The position numbers and the translations under genes are program-made. Shown here piece by piece: positions 19,045 through 27,277 of a stretch of 53,376 nt of DNA. The stretch's first letter is position 1. Every line of letters begins with the position of its first letter. The notes beneath the pieces are model-generated. The model saw nothing but the letters and a program-made list of their open reading frames with translations. It searched no databases and was not told where the DNA came from. This DNA comes from Patescibacteria group bacterium (lineage in GTDB: Bacteria; Patescibacteriota; Minisyncoccia; UBA6257; JACRHW01), in contig JAGWJP010000001.1 in the NCBI GenBank assembly GCA_028865725.1, positions 1 to 53,376 of the forward strand. Direction: 5' to 3'.

Positions 19045-19470
19045 CTAGTCTTTTCTTGGCCTCACGAACACGGAATTGATTTCTTTTTCAACCCGACGTC
19101 CTACTAAAAAAGGTTCCACTTGTCGCCATGTCCCGTCGGAGCAGTCGCGCACATCGTCACTACGGATGGTCTCACCCGGATCGAGACGTCTTCCTGTGAC
19201 AATGGCATAAGGATTGCGAGGATGTATGATCTGTTTCTTCGTTTCGTCTCCTTTTGTGCCTTCCGGTTCCTTTCGTACCCATATCACACTGGGATTTGAT
19301 CCACGAAGTGTAAGGCCCGTCATCAGACCTGCCGTTTCCCATGTGCCGTTAGAGGAGTTGTAAAGATCATTAGGCTGAAGCGTGTCTCCTGCTTTTAGGA
19401 GCCGAAGCTTTCCCCGCAGCGTCATTCCGGACTGCGGGTGATCAATTGATGAAAGAAATTCAGCGCTCAT
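19045..19470 (-). CDS. Hypothetical protein with two copies of a repeat domain of about 45 aa
   Basis: Two internal repeats (…AGDTLQPNDLYNSSNGTWETAG… and …PGETIRSDDVRDCSDGTWRQVE…). Its start overlaps the upstream stop by 4 nt. Confidence 0.6.
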   Translation of the reverse strand: MSAEFLSSIDHPQSGMTLRGKLRLLKAGDTLQPNDLYNSSNGTWETAGLMTGLTLRGSNPSVIWVRKEPEGTKGDETKKQIIHPRNPYAIVTGRRLDPGETIRSDDVRDCSDGTWRQVEPFLVGRRVEKEINSVFVRPRKD

Positions 19471-19739
19471 TGTTTTCTACCTCCTTTCTTTTTGTTGGAT
19501 GATATCCAGCATTCTTTTTTACCCTTTTTCGGCCTGACCCATAGCCACACGCCTTTATGACCTGATTGAACGATCGAACCCGTTAAAAACGTGCCGGCCT
19601 TTTTCCAGGTGTCATCGGATGAGTCATACACATCATCAGCTCGAATTGTTTCTCCAGGCATTAAGATTCTTCCATAGATAGGCGGGGCTGAAGCGTTTCG
19701 TGGGTGCCTGATCCACGCAAACTCTTTTTTGCGGCCCAT
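19467..19739 (-). CDS. Hypothetical protein with one copy of the same repeat domain
   Basis: HPRN...GRILMPGETIRADDVYDSSDDTWKKAG...WVRP is paralogous to the repeats in the downstream ORF. Confidence 0.6.
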   Translation of the reverse strand: MGRKKEFAWIRHPRNASAPPIYGRILMPGETIRADDVYDSSDDTWKKAGTFLTGSIVQSGHKGVWLWVRPKKGKKECWISSNKKKGGRKQ

Positions 19740-19829
19740 GGGTTACTACCCCGTCCTTTGAGGAAATGAACTAGGAGTAGTGTATCATAGTACGTTTTCT
19801 CTGTAAAGTTTTTTGCCCTAGCCCACAGC

Positions 19830-20432
19830 CTATAAACGGCCTTCTTTTTTACCAATGTAATATGCGCGAGTGAGCCATCTTTTTTTACGTGCGTCCGAAG
19901 AAAGGACCACAGAGCCGAAATAATATTTTCCGATGAGCTTGATTCCCGTGAAACGAAGCGTGTCACGCATCATGATGCCGCCGGGATCGCGATCATGAAG
20001 TTCCATAAAGAGCGGCGGAGCATCCATGGTAGAAAGAATAGAGGCGGTGCGCCCTTTAAGGAGTTTGTGCCACCGAGGAATGAAACCAAAAAGCGGCGCA
20101 TAATATTTAAATGCAAATCCTGAGACAACAATCATTTCAATAAACAGTTTGAGGAGCGCAGGAGGAGTTGTCCAGTAGGTGGGGTAGGCGAATACAATGT
20201 GATCGCTCCACACGATGAGTTTTTTTGCGCGCTCAATGTCGGGCGATGTGGGTACCGAATGGTGGTTGCGGCCCCAATCATACATAAGCCACGGCTGCAG
20301 CTTAAGGGCATTGAGCGTAAGCACTTTTAACTCCACATGGTTGTTTTTTACTCCCGCGATATATCTGTCCACGAGTGCATTGCAAAAACTTATTTCTCGT
20401 GGGTGTGCTTTAATGACAAGAATTCTTTTCAT
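19830..20432 (-). CDS. Flavodoxin-fold NAD(P)H dehydrogenase (quinone)-like protein
   Basis: MKRILVIKAHPREISFCNAL...SDHIVFAYPTYWTTPPALLK matches the Flavodoxin_2/NQO-like pattern. The start is taken at MKRILV. Confidence 0.7.
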   Translation of the reverse strand: MKRILVIKAHPREISFCNALVDRYIAGVKNNHVELKVLTLNALKLQPWLMYDWGRNHHSVPTSPDIERAKKLIVWSDHIVFAYPTYWTTPPALLKLFIEMIVVSGFAFKYYAPLFGFIPRWHKLLKGRTASILSTMDAPPLFMELHDRDPGGIMMRDTLRFTGIKLIGKYYFGSVVLSSDARKKRWLTRAYYIGKKEGRL

Positions 20433-20504
20433 CCGATACATAGATACTTTTTCAGTATAACACAAACCCTTGTGTCAAGCAGGTTTCTTCTTTTTACTTA
20501 TTAC

Positions 20505-20538
20505 TTAAAAAAAAGAAAAAAGCCGAGAACTTTCGGCT
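20505..20538 (-). terminator. Intrinsic terminator after the 20552 gene (minus strand)
   Basis: AGCCGA - 6 nt - TCGGCT, preceded on the plus strand by a long A-run (a U-run on the minus strand). Confidence 0.6.
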
Positions 20539-20551
20539 TTGCACAATTTTG

Positions 20552-20935
20552 TCATGGCGTTTTTTTTGATTTTTTTATGAGTGTTGCGCGCAAAGAAGGC
20601 TTTCCTTCGTCTTGCATGAAGAGTGTTGCCCAATCGTCAGGCTGCCATCCTTGCTGCGTCCAATGAATCCAGCAACCCAATGCCGCAGGTTGTCCACGAC
20701 CAGGATAGCCGGGATATTCCGCATACCCTATTTTATGGTCGGGCATGATGGTGCCTTCGAATATAATGGAACTGTCTTCGCGATAAATGATGAGCTTGTC
20801 CCCCTCTTCAATGAAATGCAGACCGTTATACCCGCGTTTTCCATCCTCGATAAGGGTCCACATTAGTCCTTCACATCCTGTTTCAAAAAACGCATGGAGA
20901 ATTCCATTGAGCTCCGGAGATTTTTGCTCGTCCAT
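20552..20935 (-). CDS. Hypothetical protein
   Basis: 127-aa ORF with a downstream terminator. No family recognised. Confidence 0.55.
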   Translation of the reverse strand: MDEQKSPELNGILHAFFETGCEGLMWTLIEDGKRGYNGLHFIEEGDKLIIYREDSSIIFEGTIMPDHKIGYAEYPGYPGRGQPAALGCWIHWTQQGWQPDDWATLFMQDEGKPSLRATLIKKSKKTP

Positions 20936-21044
20936 CGGCGATACCTTTCTTCAAAGTTTAGAGCTACTAGATTCAGTCTAGCGTGCGTCCATGCATGATG
21001 TCAACGAATAACGATTTCTTGACATTCTAATTTAAATCAGACTA

Positions 21045-21182
21045 ATGATTCTCCGCGACCCTGACGGCTTTCGCTGCATTCTCTCTCTGTGCTGGGATGA
21101 CGGCGAGTGGTGCTGGGACTACCGCTGGCTCGGCATTGGCTGGAACGCCATCGATCCGTCTGCGCTGCTCGCAAGTTCGTAG
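21045..21182 (+). CDS. Trp-rich 45-aa micro-ORF (hypothetical)
   Basis: The ORF runs from ATG 21045 to TAG 21180-21182 and encodes MILRDPDGFRCILSLCWDDGEWCWDYRWLGIGWNAIDPSALLASS. It lies in a visibly GC-richer patch and is below the ORF-track length cutoff. Confidence 0.35.
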   Translation: MILRDPDGFRCILSLCWDDGEWCWDYRWLGIGWNAIDPSALLASS

Positions 21183-21275
21183 CTCTCAGGACTTGGATCT
21201 TTGGTTCTTGTGACCTTCGATCCTTAGTCCTTAGAACGTCGCAAAAAATAAAACAGGGGGCCTTTTAGCTTCAAG

Positions 21276-21306
21276 CCTCGTATAAAGAAATACGGGGCGT
21301 TTTTTT
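21276..21306 (+). terminator. Intrinsic terminator-like hairpin
   Basis: CCTCGTAT - 6 nt - ATACGGGG followed by CGTTTTTTT. Confidence 0.5.
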
Positions 21307-21380
21307 GGCCGAAAATTTTAATCCGTAGATTACACCAGCTGCGAGCAGAACGCGCGGTTTTAGAGTAGTTCCGCACACCG

Positions 21381-21406
21381 TTGACAGAATTTTTCTGTGT
21401 TATACT
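21381..21406 (+). promoter_or_regulatory. Possible promoter for the HAD gene (TTGACA ... extended -10 TGTTATACT)
   Basis: TTGACA at 21381-21386 and TGT-TATACT at 21398-21406. The -35/-10 spacing is only 14 nt, so the call rests mainly on the extended -10 element. Confidence 0.35.
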
Positions 21407-21439
21407 GATAACATCGTTGATGGGCTCACACGCAAACAC

Positions 21440-22189
21440 ATGGATCCTAAGGTAATACTTTTTGATTTGGACGGAACACTTACACCGAGTAAATCATATT
21501 TGCGTGCGGATATGGCTGTATTAATATGCAAACTTTTGCATATTAAAAAGGTGGTCGTCATAGGAGGAGGTTCTCATGTGCAGTTTCAGAAACAATTTAT
21601 TGAGCATATCAATTGTAATAATGCAGAACTTGATCATTTATACATTATGCCCACAAGCGGCGCGGCTCTTTATCGGCATACGAAAGGCGCATGGAACAAG
21701 GTTTATATTCATGCATTAACAGCGATAGAAAAGAAAAAGATTTTGTATGCGTTATCAAAGACAATGAGCGACCTTCATTACCATCCTCCAGAAAAGATAT
21801 ACGGCGAAACCATTGAAGACAGGGGGGCTCAGGTTTCTTTTTCGGCAAACGGTCAGGATGCTCCGCTGTCTGTAAAGTCAAAATGGGATCCTGATCAAGC
21901 AAAGAGAACGCCTATCGTAATGCGGCTCAAAACCTATCTTCCTGAGTTTGATATTAAAATAGGCGGTACGAATACAATTGATATTACGAAACATGGCATC
22001 AATAAGGCGTATGGTGTTCGCCGCGTGGTAGCGTATCTTGGATTTCGCATACACGATGCTGTGTATGTGGGAGATGCGCTCTATGAAAATGGCAATGATG
22101 CGATTGTGAAAGAGACAGGTATTTCTGTTGTTTCAGTAGGAGGACCCAAAGAAACGATGCGTTATATCAATGCCGTTCTAGCAAGATGA
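21440..22189 (+). CDS. HAD-IIB family hydrolase (phosphomannomutase/sugar-phosphatase-like)
   Basis: ILFDLDGTLTPS motif I and the C-terminal GDALYENGNDAIV. Confidence 0.8.
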   Translation: MDPKVILFDLDGTLTPSKSYLRADMAVLICKLLHIKKVVVIGGGSHVQFQKQFIEHINCNNAELDHLYIMPTSGAALYRHTKGAWNKVYIHALTAIEKKKILYALSKTMSDLHYHPPEKIYGETIEDRGAQVSFSANGQDAPLSVKSKWDPDQAKRTPIVMRLKTYLPEFDIKIGGTNTIDITKHGINKAYGVRRVVAYLGFRIHDAVYVGDALYENGNDAIVKETGISVVSVGGPKETMRYINAVLAR

Positions 22190-22253
22190 ATCCATCTTTT
22201 TCAGCCCCGCTTTTCTTCGTTCAGACAATATATTACATAACTGTAACAAAGTA

Positions 22254-23312
22254 ATGCCAATACAAAAAACCATTCGTGGTACATCAAAGAAAAAGAAAAG
22301 ACAACATACTTCTAAAAGAAAACTTTCTTTCGTCAAAAAACATGAATATAATCCTATTCTTACGTCGAATTCCGAACATTATTGGGAGCTTTCACAAACA
22401 TTTAATCCATCCTCCATTCTTTTAGGTGATAAAATCCATTTTTTGTATCGTGCTGTCGGCGCAGATGGAATTTCCCGTTTAGGGTATGCAGTTTCAAACG
22501 ATGGGGTTACGATAGAAGATCGGCAATTGCATCCCGTGTACGAACACGGATCCAACCGGTATTTATTAAGTAGTATCTCTTATCCGTCCGGTGGAAGTTC
22601 TGGAGGGGCCGAGGATCCTCGTATCGTTCGGGTGGGAAAAGAAAATAAACTTTATATGACGTATACTGCTTGTGACGATAGCGGACTGCGGGTCGGCCTT
22701 ACTTCGATATCGTTAGATGATTTTTTGTGCAAAGATTGGAAATGGAATGCTCCCGCTCTGATTTCACCTGTGGGAGAGGTTCATAAAAATTGGGTGCTTT
22801 TTCCCGAAAAAATAGGAGGACAATATGCGATTTTGCACAGCATACGTCCAAAGATTGCCATTGCATACGTTGATAGTCTGGAATCCCTCTTGCCTATTGA
22901 AAGTTCATATAGCGCCGTTCCGGAGCTTCACACATGGGAAAAAAGAATACGCGGGGCAGGTCCGCCTCCCATTAAAACGAAAGGAGGATGGCTTTTGTTT
23001 TATCACGCAATGGATAGCGACACGGGTAAGTATAAAGTAGGCGCAATGCTGCTTGACCTATTGGATCCTACAATCATACGGCACCGTTCTCGTGGTCCCG
23101 TTTTAGAACCAGATCAATCCTATGAAAACAATGGCTTCAAGGGTGGTGTTGTGTATGTTTCGGGAGCTGTCGTAAAAGATGGCACGATTTTCCTCTATTA
23201 TGGAGGCGCTGATAGCTGTGTGTGTGTTGCGTATAGCAATCTCGAATCTTTTTTGGAAAAGCTTATTGAAGGAAAGGGGCCGAAGTTAAAAAAATTGAAA
23301 CGCAAACTATGA
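22254..23312 (+). CDS. GH130-family glycoside phosphorylase/hydrolase-like protein (paralog 1)
   Basis: NPIL..., FNPSSIL, YRAVG, GAEDPRIV, GWLLFYHAM and YYGGADS motifs. Confidence 0.75.
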   Translation: MPIQKTIRGTSKKKKRQHTSKRKLSFVKKHEYNPILTSNSEHYWELSQTFNPSSILLGDKIHFLYRAVGADGISRLGYAVSNDGVTIEDRQLHPVYEHGSNRYLLSSISYPSGGSSGGAEDPRIVRVGKENKLYMTYTACDDSGLRVGLTSISLDDFLCKDWKWNAPALISPVGEVHKNWVLFPEKIGGQYAILHSIRPKIAIAYVDSLESLLPIESSYSAVPELHTWEKRIRGAGPPPIKTKGGWLLFYHAMDSDTGKYKVGAMLLDLLDPTIIRHRSRGPVLEPDQSYENNGFKGGVVYVSGAVVKDGTIFLYYGGADSCVCVAYSNLESFLEKLIEGKGPKLKKLKRKL

Positions 23313-24292
23313 TTATAAGACGTTCGGAGGAAAATCCGATATTGAAACCTGTACGTGAACATTCGTGGGAAGCGGAGGCTGTCTTTAATGGATGTCCGGT
23401 TCAGAAGGGAAAAGAAGTTTATTTATTGTATCGTGCCTTGTCGCTTCCTCATTATCATACTTCAGCGCATACTACTATGATGATTTCTGATATCGGTATT
23501 GCAAAAAGTCGCGACGGGATACGTTTTGGAAAGAGGCATCGTTTCGTAGTGCCGGAATATTCGTGGGAACAATACGGCTGCGAGGATCCTCGGGTTACGA
23601 AGTTCAGCGATTCATATTATATTTTTTATACGGCGCTTTCCGAACACCCGTTTCGCGCAGAAGGAATAAAAGTTGGATTGGCGATCAGCGATGATTTGAA
23701 AACAATTCGTGAAAAACACCTCATTACGCCTTTTAATGCGAAAGCCATGGCGCTTTTTCCGGAGCGCATACAGGGAAAACTTTGGACCATTTTTACGCTT
23801 CATACCGATCAGCCTCCGGCGAGTATTTGCCTCGCGCCATTTGAAAAAGAAAACGATCTTTGGTCGGAACGCTATTGGAAAAAATGGTATAGCAACGCCG
23901 GTGCGTATGCATTGCCTCTTGCGCGCAACCCACAAGATCAAATTGAGGTGGGCGCTCCGCCGCTTAAGACGGCATATGGCTGGCTTTTGATCTATTCCTA
24001 CATTCGCAATTATTCATCTCCACACGATAAACAGTTTGGCGTTGAAGCGCTCCTTCTTGATCTTAAAAATCCGCTTGCTATCGTGGCGAGAACCGATTTT
24101 CCGTTGCTTGTTCCAGAGGAATATTATGAACGGATTGGTCTGGTTTCGCATGTTGTTTTTCCGTCGGGCGCTCTTATTAAAAAAAATTGGATTTATCTTT
24201 ATTATGGGGCTGCCGATACGACCTGCTGTCTTGCGACCATAGAACTTCATTCTCTCCTGCGCGGAATGTTAAAAAAAATGAACATACCATAG
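23309..24292 (+). CDS. GH130-family protein (paralog 2)
   Basis: ENPILKP, YRALS, GCEDPRVT, GWLLIYSY and YYGAADT motifs. Overlaps paralog 1 by 4 nt. Confidence 0.75.
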   Translation: MIIRRSEENPILKPVREHSWEAEAVFNGCPVQKGKEVYLLYRALSLPHYHTSAHTTMMISDIGIAKSRDGIRFGKRHRFVVPEYSWEQYGCEDPRVTKFSDSYYIFYTALSEHPFRAEGIKVGLAISDDLKTIREKHLITPFNAKAMALFPERIQGKLWTIFTLHTDQPPASICLAPFEKENDLWSERYWKKWYSNAGAYALPLARNPQDQIEVGAPPLKTAYGWLLIYSYIRNYSSPHDKQFGVEALLLDLKNPLAIVARTDFPLLVPEEYYERIGLVSHVVFPSGALIKKNWIYLYYGAADTTCCLATIELHSLLRGMLKKMNIP

Positions 24293-24297
24293 GGCTC

Positions 24298-25227
24298 TTG
24301 CGTGCGAAAGAAAATCCGATTATTGTTCCCGAGAAAAAATATGCGTGGGAAAGCAGATCTACATTTAATCCTGGTGCACTTTATGTGAACGACCGATTTC
24401 ATTTTCTGTATCGGGCAATGTCGGATGATTATACTTCGGTTTTCGGATATGCATCAAGTAAGGACGGTATCCATATCGATGAACGTTTGCCAGATCCTGT
24501 GTATGTTCCTCGAGCGTCTTTTGAACAAAAATTAGTACCAGGAAATTCCGGTTGCGAAGATCCGCGTCTCACCCTCATCGGGAAGAAAATTTACATGTGT
24601 TATACCGCATTCGACGGAAAAAATGCTCCGCGTGTGGCATTAAGTTCAATCGCGGTGAAAGATTTCTTGAAGAAAAAATGGAATTGGTCGGAACCTGTTC
24701 TTCTTTCTCCGCCTGACATCAGCGATAAAGATGCGTTTATTTTTCCTCAGAAGGTTGCGGGAAACTACATGATTGTACATCGCATCGGAGACAGTATCGA
24801 TTATTCGTTCCTTCAAAACTTTGATATCAAGAATAATGAGTGGATTGAAGAATACCGTTAGATTACTCCAAGAAAAGGATGGTGGGATAGTCAGAAAGTT
24901 GGCACTGCTGCTCCTGCGCTGCGTACGAAGGAAGGATGGGTGATGTTGTATCATGGCGTTTCCGACGAGGGAATCTATCGGGTCGGTGCCGTATTGCTCG
25001 ATCTCAAAAATCCGACGAATATTATTGGACGTACCGATAACCCCATTTTCGAACCAGAGGCCGATTACGAAAAAAACGGATATGTATCTCATGTCGTATT
25101 CCCATGTGGCGCCGTGCTTTTGGACAAAACTCTCTTTGTTTACTATGGCGGCGGTGATCGTGTCTCTGGTGTCGCTACGATAAACATAGAGTATCTTTTA
25201 AAAGTGCTCACGCAGTGTAAGTGTTGA
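24298..25227 (+). pseudogene. GH130-family paralog 3 interrupted by one in-frame TAG (24859-24861)
   Basis: Track ORFs 24187-24861 and 24940-25227 are in the same frame. Family motifs continue across the TAG (GCEDPRLT before it; GWVMLYHGV and YYGGGD after it). The start is probably TTG 24298, just after the paralog 2 stop. Confidence 0.65.
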
Positions 25228-25238
25228 AGAATAAACCC

Positions 25239-25260
25239 AAAAACGCCGGAAGGCGTTTTT
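25239..25260. terminator. Hairpin terminator (bidirectional)
   Basis: AAAAACGCC-GGAA-GGCGTTTTT. Confidence 0.6.
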
Positions 25261-25374
25261 GGTGCGGAAATCAGCGAAAATCAGTGGACTACGATGGAAT
25301 TCGAAGAATACGTGCGAAATTATCGTACCTTCGCAAATCTGTTGCCTGTGGGGGTTCTGGATTCGAATTTTTAA
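25260..25374 (+). repeat. attL-like junction copy 1: degenerate tmRNA-3'-end-like TGGTGCGGAAA plus a conserved tail-coding arm
   Basis: Related to 25877-25972. The frame reads ...WTTMEFEEYVRNYRTFANLLPVGVLDSNF* with its stop at 25372-25374. Confidence 0.6.
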
Positions 25375-25397
25375 ATTAAGTATGGTTAAATTGAATT

Positions 25398-25829
25398 ATG
25401 AATTTTGAGACATTGAAGCAAGAAAATTTGGAAGGAGAACAGATACAAGAAATCGAGCTTGGTTACGATGATATCGTAAAGATGATCCCCGTGTTTAAGA
25501 AATATGGAATTTTGTATCATGGAACTTCGTCATCCATGATCGAAAGAGAAGTGCTTTCTCCCGATACTACATATGTGATAAGTGAAAAGGGGAGGAAAAA
25601 GAATCTCGATAAAGTTTTTCTTACTAAAGATAAAGGTTCGGCGTGGATTTATGCAAAACGTGCGGCTAATTCCTACGGTGGTGTTCCAAGAGTTTTGGAT
25701 GTGGTGCCACAAGGATCAGTAGACGTAATCAATGATGGGAAGGGAACATCAGTTTTTGCTGCACCTCGCGGTATCGTGTTGAGTAAACGTCTTGAACGGA
25801 TATTGGAAGATTTATCGGCAAAAGAATAA
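25398..25829 (+). CDS. Hypothetical protein (possible minimal ADP-ribosyltransferase/Tpt1-like fold)
   Basis: 143-aa ORF. ILYHGTSSS...KVFLTKDKGSAWIYAKRA...PRVLDVV loosely parallels the LYHGT...VHLS...A..VG.R...V.L.V pattern of Tpt1/KptA. The similarity is weak. Confidence 0.5.
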   Translation: MNFETLKQENLEGEQIQEIELGYDDIVKMIPVFKKYGILYHGTSSSMIEREVLSPDTTYVISEKGRKKNLDKVFLTKDKGSAWIYAKRAANSYGGVPRVLDVVPQGSVDVINDGKGTSVFAAPRGIVLSKRLERILEDLSAKE

Positions 25830-25876
25830 ACTTTCGACATATCAAAAAACCCCTCGCGTGTGGGGAGTTTTTTGTA

Positions 25877-25972
25877 ACTGGTGGAAATCCGTGGACTACA
25901 ATGGAACTCGAAGAATACCTAAGAAACTACGCAAAATTCGCAAGTCCGTTGCCTCATGGGCTCATGGCATGA
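25877..25972 (+). repeat. attL: 11-bp core ACTGGTGGAAA plus P' arm
   Basis: The core is identical to 38091-38101. It is preceded by a hairpin and U-run (minus sense) that looks like a displaced tmRNA terminator. The arm contains TGGAACTC, inverted relative to GAGTTCCA at 38073-38080. Confidence 0.7.
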
Positions 25973-25989
25973 CCTTCTTACCGTTAGTT

Positions 25990-26604
25990 TCAGGAAGGGA
26001 AATCGTACTTGTTTCTAAGAAAGTCACCGATTATATCAATCGACGCATCTATTTCTTTACTGAAATCATCTATTTCTTTGTCGGTTCTAAGTTCGTAAAT
26101 AATCTCAAAAATTTCTTTATGTCCTCTAATTCGTTTATCCACTGGTCGCAAATGATCAGAAACAGCCAGATTGAGCCTTGTTACACATGTTCGTAGAGGT
26201 TTTATTTTTTCTACAACATCTTTTCCCCATAATATTTCTCCCTCAAGTTGCTCTGCTTGTAAGTCAGACAATGCTTCAACCATCTTTTCCCAACGCATGC
26301 GATAGACAGCGTTTGTTGTACCTACGCTTTCTTCAAAGTATTTGCGTTGCGCTTCTTCGGACTCTGAAGGGAAAATTGCTGGGTTCCTAACATAACCCAC
26401 CGCATCTCTCAATTTTAGAACGGCTCTATAGAGTCGGCGAGCTGTGTCATATTCAACATGTCCTTTAATTTGTTTTTTCCATGTAGAAAGTCCTTGGTTA
26501 GCAACCCAAAGACCGCCTCCTGCAATTCCTAGGTAAACGATATCTTTTAAGAAAAGATAGTTTGAGCTATTTATTAAATTTGTGATCCATGTATTTGGAT
26601 TCAT
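25990..26604 (-). CDS. Hypothetical N-terminally TM-anchored helical protein (operon gene 4)
   Basis: 204 aa with TM segment IVYLGIAGGGLWVANQGL. Its start lies 5 nt after the upstream stop. Confidence 0.6.
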   Translation of the reverse strand: MNPNTWITNLINSSNYLFLKDIVYLGIAGGGLWVANQGLSTWKKQIKGHVEYDTARRLYRAVLKLRDAVGYVRNPAIFPSESEEAQRKYFEESVGTTNAVYRMRWEKMVEALSDLQAEQLEGEILWGKDVVEKIKPLRTCVTRLNLAVSDHLRPVDKRIRGHKEIFEIIYELRTDKEIDDFSKEIDASIDIIGDFLRNKYDFPS

Positions 26605-26609
26605 ATTTG

Positions 26610-27269
26610 CTAACGTTGCATTAAATTGATGATTTCTTTTATTGCCAGCTTTTTAATTTTTTCTTTAGTATCGTTTTTTAATTCAAGCGTTTTCCAATGA
26701 TCATACCGACATCCGATTTCTCCGTTGACATTTTTATTGAGTTTATACATCTGTTCACAGACTTTTAGTGTATCTTTGTAAAATTGCTTTACGCTGAACT
26801 GTATGTGAATTATGTATGGTTCTCCTGTTTTTTCAATCCCACCTTTTACGAAACGAAGACGATTGTGCGATGTACCTGTAAGTTCAAGATGACCTTTTGT
26901 AAGCCAATTGGGTGTAAGGCTCCAAGAAATTTTTATGTCTTCAAAATAGATTTCCCTCAATGTATCTGTATGAATTAACGAATGTCTGTAAATACAAATA
27001 AGCAATGCGGCTACTTCTTTATAAGTCTCATTACAGGTTACATAGTTCTCGCTCAGTATTCTGTATAAGTTGGTGGATGAATCTTCACCGTAGATTAGAT
27101 CTCCAAGGGATTCGGCTATAGGAAAAAGCATACGCAAGAATGCTGAATAAATATGGAGAGGTTCTTTCCTTTTTTCTACATACTTAAGAAATGCTCCAAC
27201 CTCTCTATGTAGGTTTTCTCCTACATTATAAAAAGCTTGGGCATCGGTAGTGGATTTGTATGTTGTCAT
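26610..27269 (-). CDS. Hypothetical protein with Rx4H (HEPN-like) motif (operon gene 3)
   Basis: 219 aa with a helical N-terminal half ending in YRHSLIH (codons at 26987-26970). The family assignment is inference. Confidence 0.55.
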   Translation of the reverse strand: MTTYKSTTDAQAFYNVGENLHREVGAFLKYVEKRKEPLHIYSAFLRMLFPIAESLGDLIYGEDSSTNLYRILSENYVTCNETYKEVAALLICIYRHSLIHTDTLREIYFEDIKISWSLTPNWLTKGHLELTGTSHNRLRFVKGGIEKTGEPYIIHIQFSVKQFYKDTLKVCEQMYKLNKNVNGEIGCRYDHWKTLELKNDTKEKIKKLAIKEIINLMQR

Positions 27270-27277
27270 TTTTTTTC

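Noticed and set aside
24187-24297. ATG 24187 as the start of GH130 paralog 3
   Set aside because: It would overlap paralog 2 by 106 nt, and the encoded N-terminal extension has no counterpart in paralogs 1 and 2. TTG 24298 aligns with the conserved ...ENPII start region.
25340-25375. tRNA-like T-arm (GGGGTTCTGGATTCGAA)
   Set aside because: No complementary T-stem or acceptor stem could be drawn on either strand. The stretch is better explained as the end of the conserved tail-coding arm.
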